From NCBI GenBank assembly GCA_963790995.1, contig CAWBQQ010000001.1, forward strand, positions 1,617,552 through 1,681,551: a stretch of DNA of 64,000 bases. Reading direction: 5' to 3'. A model generated the notes under the pieces. It worked only from the letters and a program-made list of their open reading frames with translations, searched no databases and was not told the DNA's origin. The position numbers and the translations under genes are program-made. This document shows positions 23,349 through 34,147 of the stretch, piece after piece (position 1 is the stretch's first letter; each line of letters starts with the position of its first letter). This DNA comes from an uncultured Bacteroidota bacterium (GTDB lineage Bacteria; Bacteroidota; Ignavibacteria; Kryptoniales; JAKASW01).

Positions 23349-24728
23349 TTACAAATCTGTGATTGGTTTATGCCTCGGAACCAGCGCTTTCATAATTGCC
23401 CACGCAATAAGATAGCTGAGCGCGCATATGATGAACATGATGAGGTACGCCGTCTGCGGGTGACCCTTGAAAGCGTCGGTGAGCCGTCCGACAAGCAATA
23501 GCATGATAACGCCGCTTATGCCGCCGGCAGCCGTGCCGATGCCTACGATGGAGCCCACGGCTTTCGTCGGAAACATGTCCGAGACTGTCGTGTACAGATT
23601 CGCCGACCACGCCTGATGCGCCATTGCGCCGACAGATATCGTGGCGACCGCAAGCGCGGCAGCCATTGCGCCGAATCGCGCGACATCGCCGAAATATTGC
23701 GTGGATAAAACTACAAGCGGGAACAGCGCAATAATGAACATAGTGATCATGCGCGCTTTATAAACCGCCATCCCGCGGTTGATGAGTGTTCTTGGGATGT
23801 CACCGCCGTAGATACTTCCTAAGGCCGCGACACCAAAAACGATGAATGTCGGCAGCATGATTTGCCTGTTTGTCATGTGGAATTGTTTGACCAAATAATC
23901 CGGCAGCCAAAACAGATAAAACCACCACACTCCGTCAGTCATGAATTTGCCGGCAAAAAATGACCACATTTGCCTGTAATGGAAAAGCCTCCACCACGAA
24001 AATTCTCGATCTCTTTCGCCGGTTTGCTCGTTCACTCCGGCTTCCTCGTCGATATGTATGTAATCATATTCCGGCTTCTTGAGGCGTTTTTGTTTTTCCG
24101 GTGTGTCATAAAGCCAGAACCAGAAAATCAGCCAGATAAATCCGATAGAACCGGTCAAGATGAATGCCATCTTCCAGCCGTGGCTCTCGCCGAAATGAAT
24201 TAAGCACCATGGTACGAATATTGCGGCAATCATCGCACCCACACTTGGACCCGCATTGAAGATGGCGGTCGCAAGCGCGCGCTCGCGTTTCGGGAACCAC
24301 TCTGCGACAGTTTTGATCGATACAGGGAAAGTTCCGGACTCGCTGACAGCAAAGAGGCTGCGAATGGCAATGTGCATCGTGACAAGGCTGCCGACAAATG
24401 CATTTGCAATTCCACAAATGGACCATGCAATCAGCGAAAGAGCCAAACCGAGCTTAGTCCCAAGCTTGTCAATGACACGCCCCGCGAAAATAGATGCTAC
24501 CGAGTATACGCCTGTAAAAGAAGCGGTCAGAAATGCATATTGCGAGTTTGTCCAGCCAAATCCTCCGAGTGAAGTTGGCTTGCAAAAGAAATCCTTCAGG
24601 TAACTGATGACCTGACGATCAAGATAATTAGCCGTTGTTGCAAAGAAGAGAAGACTACAGATCACCCAGCGGTATTTTGCGATCTTTCCACCGGACGCAC
24701 TGCCAGTCTGAACGGTTGTGTCTGTCAT
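23349..24728 (-). CDS. exuT: MFS transporter, ACS/hexuronate (ExuT-like) subfamily
   Basis: 459 aa with 12 predicted TM segments. The N-terminal YRWVICSLLFFATTANYLDRQVIS is typical of ExuT-like carriers. Directly downstream of uxaC. Confidence 0.65.
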   Translation of the reverse strand: MTDTTVQTGSASGGKIAKYRWVICSLLFFATTANYLDRQVISYLKDFFCKPTSLGGFGWTNSQYAFLTASFTGVYSVASIFAGRVIDKLGTKLGLALSLIAWSICGIANAFVGSLVTMHIAIRSLFAVSESGTFPVSIKTVAEWFPKRERALATAIFNAGPSVGAMIAAIFVPWCLIHFGESHGWKMAFILTGSIGFIWLIFWFWLYDTPEKQKRLKKPEYDYIHIDEEAGVNEQTGERDREFSWWRLFHYRQMWSFFAGKFMTDGVWWFYLFWLPDYLVKQFHMTNRQIMLPTFIVFGVAALGSIYGGDIPRTLINRGMAVYKARMITMFIIALFPLVVLSTQYFGDVARFGAMAAALAVATISVGAMAHQAWSANLYTTVSDMFPTKAVGSIVGIGTAAGGISGVIMLLLVGRLTDAFKGHPQTAYLIMFIICALSYLIAWAIMKALVPRHKPITDL

Positions 24729-24793
24729 TTCAAATCACCCAGAGTAGTTTGTTTGTAATTGCCATCGAGAAAATGATGCCTCAGAGCTTTCGG

Positions 24794-26217
24794 TCAATCG
24801 AGACGATAAGCTTTCTTCGCAAGCCCATATGCCAGTTCCCTGACCATCACTCTCGCTTCTTCCTTCGTTATGATATTGCGTGCCACCATTCCCGCAAGGA
24901 AATTCGAGTCCATCCTGCGAGCCAGATCATGCCTTGCCGGTATCGACAAAAACGCGCGAGTGTCGTCGGTGAATCCAACCGTGTTATAAATGCCTGCCGT
25001 CTCAGTCACGCTCTGACGGTACCTCGACATTCCCTGGATGCTGTCATGGAACCACCATGATGCTCCAAGTTTCATTGCAGGATAATGTCCGGCGAGAGGC
25101 GCAAGCTCTTCTCGAGTATGTCGTCTCGTCGAGCGTAAAAACCACAACCGTGAACTTCGGGTTGTTTCCATATTCGTTCAGAAACTCCTGCATGTTCCGC
25201 GTGTATTCACTCTGAACAGGTATGTCTCCGCCTTTATCGGCTCCGAATCTGTCGAACACCTTATTATTGTGATTCCTAAGCGCACCTGCATGTATTTGCA
25301 TGACGAGCCCGTCTTCGACGCTCATCCGCGCCATCTCCATCAGCATATGAGCCGTGAATGCAGCAGCATCCTTATCCGTAGCCTTCCCTTTCAATGCCCG
25401 CTGGAAAATCGCGTCCGCTTCGCCTTCCGACAGCCTGTGAGCATACGGGCTTTCGACGCCCTGGTCGGTGGACACTGCGCCGTTGGACTTGAAATACTCC
25501 CGCCGGCTTTCGAGGACTCTTATGAAGCTATTATAATCGGAAATACCTGTTCCCGAAACTTTATTCAGGGATTCTATCTCTTTCTTCCAATTGCCGGACA
25601 GTATATTCACGGCTGCATCCGGGCCTGAAGCACGGAATCACTTTCCCTTTTCCGCCCGACTCTCTGATTCTCTTATGATCTGATAAATTGTCCGATGCTG
25701 GGTCGGTCGTGGTGAGCACTTCTATATTGAACTTATCTAACAGAGCCCGTGGCAGGAAACTCTTTGTCTGCAGTTTCTTATTGATCGCGTCGTATATCTT
25801 CATCGCGTTCCTGGAATTCAGCTTCTCGTAAATGCCGAAGACGTCGGCGAACGTGTACTCCAGCCACACACTGCTCGGTGTTCCCGCGAACAAATAGTAA
25901 TTGTCCGCAAATACCTGCCAGATCTTTTTATGATCTTTCTCGACGCCTGTACCATCTACCGCCGGAATCCCGAGCGACTCCAGAGAGATCGCCTGCGAAT
26001 AGAGCATTCGAAACAGATAATGGTCCGGGATGAGTATGAGCTCCGTCGGATCCGGAAACGGTTCATTGTCGGCGAGAAGCTTTGCCGGGACATGCCCGTG
26101 AGGACTGATTATGGGTAAATTCTTTACCGACTTGTAAAGTTCAAATGCGATTTGTCTGATCTTCGGGCCAGAGTCGAAAAATCGATAGTCGCTTAGCTTT
26201 GCGGTTTTCATTGGCAA
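24794..26217 (-). pseudogene. uxaC: glucuronate (uronate) isomerase, broken by two 1-nt frame breaks
   Basis: Three overlapping ORFs (25561..26217, 25044..25610, 24794..25171) together give full-length UxaC. Break 1 is at about 25616-25625: ttc agg ccc g[g]a tgc, where FRPD would be restored by removing one G. Break 2 is at about 25106-25116: tcgag[a]agagctt, where TTYSRELAPLAGHYPAMKLG would be restored by removing one A. Confidence 0.85.
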
Positions 26218-26404
26218 TTTACTTCTCTATTAGTTTGTTTTTGAACAATTGGTCGATCTGTTTATGCAGTCGTAATTTACAGGATTCAAGAATTAATTGC
26301 TAAAGAAACCGGACAGACGAAAAATATCATTGTCAACCTTCAAGGAGTATTGCTTTTCGCGGGCGGGAGCATTTTGGCAAATGCCGGCAGGTCGATACTT
26401 TTAA

Positions 26405-26416
26405 GTACCATGGTAC
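26405..26416. promoter_or_regulatory. perfect palindrome GTACCATGGTAC upstream of uxaC (operator candidate)
   Basis: 12-bp perfect palindrome about 190 nt upstream of the uxaC start, in the 292-nt intergenic region. I did not find a second copy in the window by eye. Confidence 0.3.
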
Positions 26417-26509
26417 AGATTTGCGCTGGTTCCACAATTGGGACCTATTTAAGTTGTCGATAAGAATCCGGGCGGGGGGAATTCAGATTGAAATAGAACG
26501 ACCCGGATT

Positions 26510-27640
26510 TCAGCCCCATCTTTTTATAATAACCAGCGAAAGATCGTCGCTGCGAGGAGCATCTCCGACAAACATATCGACTTCCGACAATATTTTCTCG
26601 CCGACTTTTTCCGGAGAAATCCCGGCAGACTTCCCGATAATAGAAATCAATCTCTGATCTCCAAAAAACTCATCATGATCGTTCCTTGCCTCCGTCACTC
26701 CGTCGGAATAAGCCAAAAGCAAATCGCCGGGACTCAACGCGATTTCCTGCTCCTCAAATTTGGACGTTTTCATGAGCCCCAGTGCCGGAGCACCGCGGGA
26801 AAGTTCTTTTACTTCGTGCCTCCCGCTTACGGGATCTGCAACATGCAGGACGATTGGGGGCAAGTGACCCGCGTTTAACAAACGAACGTTCCCTGAGTCC
26901 TTGGTAAGCTCAAGATATACAAGCGTGGCAAACCTGTTCGGCAAACTGTCGCGGCAAAATATCAGATTTATCCTTTCGCCTAATTCGGAGAGAGATTTAT
27001 AGTCGGGCGCAATTGCGCGAAGCGTCGATTGGAGTTTCGACATCAGCAGCGCCGCCCCAAGGCCTTTGCCCGCGACATCTCCAAGTGCAAGCCCGAGATG
27101 GTCCGAATCCAATTCGATGTAATCGACCAGATCGCCGCCGACATCGTTCGCCGGCCTGGTGAACAGCCAGATCGACCAGCCTGCAAGAGTCGGATTCTCG
27201 TCCGGCAAAAGCGCCTTCTGCACAGTGCGTCCTATTTGAAGCTCGTCATGCGCGAGAAGTTTATCTTTCAACTCGAGCATCAGCACAAGCAGAAGCAGCG
27301 TGTAGCTTATGAGGTTGCCGTTTAATGAAAATCGAAAATGGCTTTGACCCAAAGAAATATCGCCTGAAAAGAAGAAAATTATGCTGAGCAAAAGCAGCAG
27401 CCGGCGCGCAGGATTGAGTTTGAGAAGCAAACTCTTTAACAAGTACCATGATACGTAAATAAATTGTTTAATACGGCTGTACGACTTCAGCCTCTCCTGA
27501 GTTTCGGCATCAATGTAAAAACGGTAAAGCTCCTTGAAATCCTTCCGCAGCGATTCCAGAATGTCTCCTTTGGAAAAGTCGTCGAATATGGCTTTCCTGA
27601 GGATATGGTCGCTGTTTTGACGCTTTTTCCTGTCTTTCAC
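26510..27640 (-). CDS. membrane-anchored PP2C/SpoIIE-family serine phosphatase
   Basis: 376 aa. Hydrophobic segments in the N-terminal half are followed by a PPM domain (VGGDLVDY, GDVAGKGLGAALLMS, NAGHLPP, YSDGVTEA, DDLSLVIIK). Confidence 0.8.
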   Translation of the reverse strand: MKDRKKRQNSDHILRKAIFDDFSKGDILESLRKDFKELYRFYIDAETQERLKSYSRIKQFIYVSWYLLKSLLLKLNPARRLLLLLSIIFFFSGDISLGQSHFRFSLNGNLISYTLLLLVLMLELKDKLLAHDELQIGRTVQKALLPDENPTLAGWSIWLFTRPANDVGGDLVDYIELDSDHLGLALGDVAGKGLGAALLMSKLQSTLRAIAPDYKSLSELGERINLIFCRDSLPNRFATLVYLELTKDSGNVRLLNAGHLPPIVLHVADPVSGRHEVKELSRGAPALGLMKTSKFEEQEIALSPGDLLLAYSDGVTEARNDHDEFFGDQRLISIIGKSAGISPEKVGEKILSEVDMFVGDAPRSDDLSLVIIKRWG

Positions 27641-27709
27641 TTTATCGCTTTCGAATCATGAATATGTTCAAGGAAGTATAACGATTTATGGAGGAGGTTG
27701 TTTCAGCTT

Positions 27710-28648
27710 TTATGGTTGAATCGATTTGTAATATTTGACCGTATCTCTTATCCCATCTTCGTACGATACCGGCTCGATGCGGAATGCATTTTGGAATTTC
27801 GATGAATCGAAGATATAATCGTCTTTGCTCTGGTATAACATCTCGTATAATTCGGCAGTAGTTTTATCCGACAACCCGGCAAGCCTCATCATCCACCCGG
27901 CAAGCACTCTATATTTTGGCGCGACGCCGAATTCCTTTGCGGCTGCATCGATGAATTCTTTTCCCGTGAGCGGATTCGATGCAGTCGGCAAATGCCAGAC
28001 CTGGCCGTATGCTTCATCGGATTCGGAAAGTGCGAGAAGCGCTTTCGCAATATCGAGAGTAAAAGTGAACGAATGTTTCACGCGATCGTTCACGAGCCAG
28101 TTCGCTTTCTTTCGATGCGAAAACGGTTTGAACACTAAAATGTTCGGAACTCCCGTCTTGTCGGCGCACGGTCCGTAAAAATCCGCCGCGCGTGCGATCA
28201 ATGCGCGCAGGTCTCCCGCTTTGACTTCGCTGATCAACTCGTTTGCAATCTCGGCTCTAATCTCGCCTTTCCTGCTGCACGGGTTGTAAGGTGTTGACTC
28301 AACCATGGCTCCGTCAACTTTACCATACGAATAGACATTGTCGAGAAAGACGAGTTTCGATTTTGCTCTCTTACATGCCTCGATGGTGTTTGCCATGATT
28401 GCAGGCCATTTCTCAGCCCAAAGCTTGCGATCATATTTCAAGCCGACACAAAGATAAGTCACTGAAGAATTTTTGACCGCTTCCACCGCCTGATCAAGAA
28501 ACGAAATGTCGGCTTGAAGAATGGCTGCACCTTGAATGCCATGACCGCTTCTCGACACTACCCTGACATTTTTTCCGCCGGCGATGAGAAGTCTGGACAG
28601 CTCATCCGCTACAACGCCGCCGCCGCCGAGAATAGTGTAAAGATTCAT
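27710..28648 (-). CDS. NAD(P)-dependent epimerase/dehydratase-family (SDR) protein
   Basis: 312 aa with an N-terminal ILGGGGVVADEL Rossmann motif and extended-SDR-like length. Confidence 0.7.
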   Translation of the reverse strand: MNLYTILGGGGVVADELSRLLIAGGKNVRVVSRSGHGIQGAAILQADISFLDQAVEAVKNSSVTYLCVGLKYDRKLWAEKWPAIMANTIEACKRAKSKLVFLDNVYSYGKVDGAMVESTPYNPCSRKGEIRAEIANELISEVKAGDLRALIARAADFYGPCADKTGVPNILVFKPFSHRKKANWLVNDRVKHSFTFTLDIAKALLALSESDEAYGQVWHLPTASNPLTGKEFIDAAAKEFGVAPKYRVLAGWMMRLAGLSDKTTAELYEMLYQSKDDYIFDSSKFQNAFRIEPVSYEDGIRDTVKYYKSIQP

Positions 28649-28720
28649 AATGTCTTTGTCTCTTAAAATAATTCAACACATAAAGAGATGTTTGATACTG
28701 GCCTCGAAAAAAAGCGGCCG

Positions 28721-30220
28721 TCACGCGGAATGGTTATACGCCGCCTCGTTCCATCTTAGCTCTTTCTTGAACTCCGATACCTTCGTGGAATCGTCTATTA
28801 AGAGATACTCGATTCCGGCAATCTCCGCAAAGTCTTCGAGATGTTCGGACGTCAATGCCTTGCTAAAGCTTGTATGATGTGCTCCGCCCGCCAATATCCA
28901 GGCAGCTGCAGCAACTTCAAGATTCGGTTTCGGAACCCAGACCGCTCCCGCAACCGGCAGCTTCGGCAGTGGCTTGTCGGGCACCACAACTGCAATTTCA
29001 TTAACAATCAGGCGGAAGCGATTCCCCATTTCCACCATGGTGGCAGCTACTGCCGGGCCGGCGGCCACATTGAACACCAAGCGTGGCGGATCTTCTTTTC
29101 CGCCTATCGACAGCGGATGAATCTCTAACTTCGGCTTTCCTTCGGCGATCGACTCACAGACTTCGAGCATGTGAGCGCCAAGTACCTTCATGCCCGCCGG
29201 GTCCATGTGATATGTGTAATCTTCCATGAACGATGTACCACCATCCAAACCTGAAGACATGACCTTCATTGCTCTGACCAGCGCGGCAGTCTTCCAGTCG
29301 CCTTCGGCGCCGAAGCCATATCCATCCGCCATCAGCCGCTGCACGGACAATCCGGGAAGCTGCTTCAAGCCGTGTAAATCTTCGAAAGTTGTCGTGAAAG
29401 CTTTGAATCCGCCGTCATTTAAGAAATTCCGCATCCCCGATTCAATTCTTGCGGCATCCCGCAGGTTAGAATGCTTGCTGCCTCCCTTCTTCGCATTCGC
29501 AGCAATCTCGTATCTGTTCTCGTAATCACTCATCAGCTTGTCTATCTCAGAATCCGTGGCTCCGTTTACGTACTTTACCAGTTCGCCGACTCCAAAACCG
29601 TTAACGGAGTAACCGAATCTCGATTGAGCCTCCACTTTGTCTCCCTCGGTAACCGCCACTTCGCGCATGTTATCGCCGAGGCGGGCAACCTTCGCATCTT
29701 GAGAATCGGCCCACGCCGAGGCAGCCCGGGTCCATATTCCGATTTTTGCCTGAACTGATCGATCCTGCCAATGTCCGACGACGACTTTTCTTCTCTTTCC
29801 CATCCGGGTACAGATAAAACCGAATTCGCGGTCGCCATGCGCGGATTGATTAAGATTCATAAAGTCCATGTCGATGGTATCCCACGGTATGTCGCGGTTG
29901 AATTGAGTGTGGAGGTGAACAAACGGCTTCTCCAAAGCCTGCAATCCCGCAATCCACATCTTTGCAGGAGAAAATGTGTGCATCCACATTACCAAACCCG
30001 CGCAATCGCGGGAATTGTTCGCCTCAAGACAGAGCGACTTGATTGCCTCCGGGGTCGTAAGAATGGGTTTGAAAAGAACCTTCGTCGGGATGTCCTTCGA
30101 TTTATTCAGGCCATCAACAATTGACTTAGAGTCTTCTGCGACTTGCTTCAATGTTTCAGGGCCGTAAAGGTGCTGGCTGCCGGTAGCGAACCATACTTCA
30201 TATTTATTTAAGTCGATCAT
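28721..30220 (-). CDS. araA: L-arabinose isomerase
   Basis: 499 aa. [18 protein letters not shown] is the AraA N-terminal hallmark. Same-strand neighbour of araD and araB. Confidence 0.95.
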   Translation of the reverse strand: MIDLNKYEVWFATGSQHLYGPETLKQVAEDSKSIVDGLNKSKDIPTKVLFKPILTTPEAIKSLCLEANNSRDCAGLVMWMHTFSPAKMWIAGLQALEKPFVHLHTQFNRDIPWDTIDMDFMNLNQSAHGDREFGFICTRMGKRRKVVVGHWQDRSVQAKIGIWTRAASAWADSQDAKVARLGDNMREVAVTEGDKVEAQSRFGYSVNGFGVGELVKYVNGATDSEIDKLMSDYENRYEIAANAKKGGSKHSNLRDAARIESGMRNFLNDGGFKAFTTTFEDLHGLKQLPGLSVQRLMADGYGFGAEGDWKTAALVRAMKVMSSGLDGGTSFMEDYTYHMDPAGMKVLGAHMLEVCESIAEGKPKLEIHPLSIGGKEDPPRLVFNVAAGPAVAATMVEMGNRFRLIVNEIAVVVPDKPLPKLPVAGAVWVPKPNLEVAAAAWILAGGAHHTSFSKALTSEHLEDFAEIAGIEYLLIDDSTKVSEFKKELRWNEAAYNHSA

Positions 30221-30247
30221 CGTGTTTAATTCCTTCCTTACTTTTCA

Positions 30248-30285
30248 GGGCTAAAGCCCGTCTTGACCCCCAGCCTGAAGGCTGG
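30248..30285. repeat. intercistronic hairpin module (GGGC-taaa-GCCC and CCAGCC-tgaa-GGCTGG)
   Basis: Two short GC hairpins lie in the 100-nt araD-araA spacer, with no U-tract. Confidence 0.5.
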
Positions 30286-30320
30286 CGTTACTTATAGTTT
30301 TCTAAACTCAACGTGTACCA

Positions 30321-31013
30321 TCATTTCTTTTGTCCATAGTACGCACTCTTACCATGCTTTCTTTCATGGTGCTTGTCAAGAATATAATCGGGCAAAGCTT
30401 TTGCATTCGTGTCAAGCCGAACCGTATCAAGAGCCATTCCGGCAATTTGTTCCAGCATCAGACTATTCTTCACCGAGTCTTCTGCATTTTGTCCCCAGCA
30501 GAACGGACCATGTCCGGCAACCAGAATTCCCGGCATACTTATCGGGTCTAAATCTTTAAACCGCTCTATTATAATCTTCCCTGTATTCTTCTCGTAACCC
30601 GATTCGACCTCGTCTTCAGTCAAGAAACGAGTGACCGGAACCGGTCCGAAAAAGCTGTCTGCGTGAGTCGTGCCGAGACACGGAATTTCTTTGCAAGCCT
30701 GGGCAAAAGCAGATGCATGACCGCTGTGAGTGTGCGTTATGCCGCCGATTTCCGGAAAGGCTTTATACAATTCAATATGCGTCGGAGTATCCGATGACGG
30801 CCGCATGTTCCCTTCGACGACCTTTCCGTCCAAATCCACGACCACCATGTCGCCGGGAGTCAGCTTATCGTAATCGACACCGCTCGGTTTTATTACAATA
30901 ATTCTTTTCGCACGATCGATACCGCTGACGTTCCCCCATGTCAGCACGACCAATCCGTATTTCACAAGATCGAGATTTGCTTTACACACATCTTCCTTGA
31001 GCTGTTCAAGCAC
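30321..31013 (-). CDS. araD: L-ribulose-5-phosphate 4-epimerase
   Basis: 230 aa class II aldolase fold (GNVSGIDR, HTHSGHA). Overlaps the araB stop by 8 nt. Confidence 0.9.
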   Translation of the reverse strand: MLEQLKEDVCKANLDLVKYGLVVLTWGNVSGIDRAKRIIVIKPSGVDYDKLTPGDMVVVDLDGKVVEGNMRPSSDTPTHIELYKAFPEIGGITHTHSGHASAFAQACKEIPCLGTTHADSFFGPVPVTRFLTEDEVESGYEKNTGKIIIERFKDLDPISMPGILVAGHGPFCWGQNAEDSVKNSLMLEQIAGMALDTVRLDTNAKALPDYILDKHHERKHGKSAYYGQKK

Positions 31014-32727
31014 TGCCTTTTGTCCTCACTACATCTCTAATATTTAACAAGTCTTTCATGACATTGTACATGCTGCCCGACCAGTTCTTTGTCCCGAAGG
31101 CATCATGGAGCTGCCGGTACAACGCATACAGCTTTTTATAAACCTCATGGTTTTGAAGAAGGGGCTGAAAAACGGAACCGGGACCGGTCATAGCCTTTTG
31201 TGCTTCAGGAACAGAATCGTATCCGCCGGCTTTCTTTCCTGCAGCGACCGCCGAGAAGATTGCTGCACCGAGCGCAGGCGTTTGATCGCTGCGAGATATC
31301 TTCATCGGCCTGCCGGTGACGTCGGCGTAAATTTGCATAAGGAGAGGATTCTTGCTCGCAAGACCGCCGCAATTCACAACCTCTTTTATCTTCACGCCGT
31401 ATTCTTCGATGCGGTCGATTATTTCAAGAGCGCCGTAAGCGGTCGCTTCGAGCAGCGCCCTGTAAACTTCATGAGACTGCGTGTAAAGGGTCTGGCCGAT
31501 CAGCAGCCCGCAGAGACGAACATCGACTAAGATGGTACGGTTGCCGTTATTCCAATCCAGCGCAATGAGTCCACTCTCACCCGGTTTCAATTTCCCGGCC
31601 GCTTTATTATAGTTTTCAAATTTTTCGTCCTGAGTCTTTCCGAATCCCTCCTGAGCAAGATTGTCCATGAACCATAGAAAAATGTCTCCGACTGCAGATT
31701 GCCCGGCTTCGATTCCGTAATACCCGTCCATGACGGAGCCGTCAACGATGCCGCACACACCCGGAATGTCCGCCAGCTCGTCGCTGTGCGGAGAGATCAT
31801 TATATCGCATGTGCTCGTTCCCATTATCTTCACAAGGGTGCCGGCAGAAATATCGGCACCGACTGCACCCATGTGGGCGTCAAATGCTCCAACGGCAACT
31901 GCAACGTTCGTAGTAAGCCCGAGTCTGTCAGCCCAATCTTTCGAAAGATATCCGGCTATTTTTTCCGATGTGAATGCCTCGTCGTACAAACGATATCTGA
32001 GTTTTCCCAATCCGTCCGAAAGGGTTTCCAGGAATTCGATATCCGGCAAGCCGTTCCAGCTCGTGTTGAATATAGCCTTGTGGCCCGCCGCGCAGACGCT
32101 TCGCTTAATTTTCTTCGGGTTTAATTCACCTGTGAGATTTGCGGGAATCCAATCGCAGATTTCTTCCCAGCTCCAGGCGGCATCGAATACGTCTATTGCG
32201 GAATTTTTGCAGTGAAGAATTTTGCTCCACCACCATTCCGATGAATAAACTCCGCCGATCTTCGACAGGTACTGCGGACGAATCTTGGAGGCAGTCTCCG
32301 TGATTTGGGCCGCCTCGGCATAACTCGTGTGATCTTTCCAGAGCCAAACGTGCGCAGCCGGATTGTTTTTGAATTTCGGGTTAAAACACAACGCCTGACC
32401 ATTTGCATCCACCGGCATCGGGCTGCTGCCTGTCGTATCGACTCCGATTCCGATTACGTCTCCGGCTTTGAATTTTGGCTCGACTGTTTTTGCCTTTTCA
32501 ATCCCCTTTCTGACGGTAGCTTCAATTCCCAGGAGGTAGTCGGCGGGATTCTGTCTCGCCAGATTCGGATCGGAGGCATCGACAATCACGCCATCCTTCC
32601 CTGACGGGTATTGAAAAACGTCAGAAGCCAGCTCACTGCCGTCATTGACATCGACAATCAGAGACCGGCAAGAGTTGGTTCCGAAATCAAGACCTATTAC
32701 GTACTTGCTCAACACGACCTCCATCAA
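31006..32727 (-). CDS. araB: ribulokinase
   Basis: 573 aa FGGY kinase of AraB length, with YVIGLDFGTNSCRS at the N-terminus. Confidence 0.9.
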   Translation of the reverse strand: MMEVVLSKYVIGLDFGTNSCRSLIVDVNDGSELASDVFQYPSGKDGVIVDASDPNLARQNPADYLLGIEATVRKGIEKAKTVEPKFKAGDVIGIGVDTTGSSPMPVDANGQALCFNPKFKNNPAAHVWLWKDHTSYAEAAQITETASKIRPQYLSKIGGVYSSEWWWSKILHCKNSAIDVFDAAWSWEEICDWIPANLTGELNPKKIKRSVCAAGHKAIFNTSWNGLPDIEFLETLSDGLGKLRYRLYDEAFTSEKIAGYLSKDWADRLGLTTNVAVAVGAFDAHMGAVGADISAGTLVKIMGTSTCDIMISPHSDELADIPGVCGIVDGSVMDGYYGIEAGQSAVGDIFLWFMDNLAQEGFGKTQDEKFENYNKAAGKLKPGESGLIALDWNNGNRTILVDVRLCGLLIGQTLYTQSHEVYRALLEATAYGALEIIDRIEEYGVKIKEVVNCGGLASKNPLLMQIYADVTGRPMKISRSDQTPALGAAIFSAVAAGKKAGGYDSVPEAQKAMTGPGSVFQPLLQNHEVYKKLYALYRQLHDAFGTKNWSGSMYNVMKDLLNIRDVVRTKGSA

Positions 32728-32771
32728 TGGGAAATTGAATAGTTATCGCAGTTCCAAATGCCATGGCCGGA

Positions 32772-32855
32772 TCATTGCGAGGAGCAAAGCGAAGTGGCAA
32801 TCTCAACTTCTGGCTTGGCTTCGAATCTGTGAGTCGTTCACTTTGCTCGCAATGA
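32772..32855. repeat. long imperfect hairpin TCATTGCGAGGAGCAAAGCGAAGTG ... CACTTTGCTCGCAATGA
   Basis: The arms at 32772..32796 and 32839..32855 pair as a 9-bp block and a 5-bp block around a bulge. Lies in the galM-araB spacer. Confidence 0.55.
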
Positions 32856-32925
32856 CCGTTAATGTGGAGACCATGTTATTAATGGACGCGTGTAAATCAG
32901 AGTTCGATATTCATTATACTGATCA

Positions 32926-34089
32926 CTACTTTTTTACCGTAAATTTATAGATCGTGGTCTGCTTGTACGTTTGCCCCGGCTTCAGTGTCGTCGATGGAAA
33001 CTTCGGCTCATTCGGGGAATCCGGGTAGTGCTGTGCCTCCATGCAAAGTGCAGTTCTGAATTTGTAAACGACACCGCCTTTGCCAACCTGTGTACCATCA
33101 ATGTGATTGCCGCTGTAAAATTGCAAGCCGGGTTGATCTGTCAGGACTTCCAATATTCGTCCGCTTGACGGATCATAAACTTCGGCAGCCTCTCTCACCT
33201 TCTTATCGTAGCCTTTCAGGACCCAATTAAGGTCATAACCGATGCCATATTTCAGCTGATCATTAGGCTCGTTTATTCTCGCTCCGATTGGAGTAAGCTT
33301 TCGAAAATCGAACGGGGTGTTTGCCACAGTCTCGATTTTTCCGGTCGGGATCAATGTGTTGTCAACAGGCGTGAACTTGTCTGCCCTGATCAATACTTCA
33401 TCGTCGAGAATTGACTTGGTGGGGTCGCCGCTCAAATTGAAATAAGAGTGGTTGGTCAAATTAACGACCGTTGGTTTGTCCGTCTTAGCCGAATAATCTA
33501 TGCGAATAGCATTATCCTTTGTGAGCGTAAAAGTTACGGTGGCCGTCAATGTGCCAGGGAACCCGTCTTCGCCGTCTTTGCTGACGTAGGTCATCTTGAC
33601 AGCGGGACCTTTAGAAGTTTCCAGCGGCTCTGCGTTCCACAATACCTTGTTGAAGCCAATCTTGCCGCCGTGGAGCATGTTTTTTCCTTCATTGGCTGAC
33701 ACTTCATAAGTTTTGCCATCCAAGGTGAATTTTGCATTGCCGATACGGTTTGCATATCTGCCTATAGTTCCACCAAAGAAAGCGTTGCCGTTTTCATATC
33801 CTGAAAGGCTGTCATACCCGAAAGCTACGTCGGCAAATTTTCCATTTTTATCGGGAACCATGATGGATGCGATCGTCGCACCGTAGTTGATGACCTTAAC
33901 CGTCATGCCGTTGGCATTCTTCAGAGTGTAGCAATAGACTTCGTTGCCGTCAGGCAGTTTTCCGAATAATTCTTTCTTGATCATTGATTCAGCCTTTCCT
34001 TTTGTTTTTCCCGAAAGCGTTCCGGCCGCACCCAACGCGGCCACTGATGTTATCAAAACGCTCAGGTAGAGAATAAATATTTTTTTCAT
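32926..34089 (-). CDS. galM: aldose 1-epimerase (mutarotase) with a signal peptide
   Basis: 387 aa. MKKIFILYLSVLITSVAALGAAG is the signal peptide. The GalM fold shows conserved NLTNHSYFNL and a GFPG region. Confidence 0.85.
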   Translation of the reverse strand: MKKIFILYLSVLITSVAALGAAGTLSGKTKGKAESMIKKELFGKLPDGNEVYCYTLKNANGMTVKVINYGATIASIMVPDKNGKFADVAFGYDSLSGYENGNAFFGGTIGRYANRIGNAKFTLDGKTYEVSANEGKNMLHGGKIGFNKVLWNAEPLETSKGPAVKMTYVSKDGEDGFPGTLTATVTFTLTKDNAIRIDYSAKTDKPTVVNLTNHSYFNLSGDPTKSILDDEVLIRADKFTPVDNTLIPTGKIETVANTPFDFRKLTPIGARINEPNDQLKYGIGYDLNWVLKGYDKKVREAAEVYDPSSGRILEVLTDQPGLQFYSGNHIDGTQVGKGGVVYKFRTALCMEAQHYPDSPNEPKFPSTTLKPGQTYKQTTIYKFTVKK

Positions 34090-34147
34090 TTTACGACTCC
34101 ATATTGTTTTTTTGACTCGTTGTTGATAAATCTCGCAGAGATCACAT

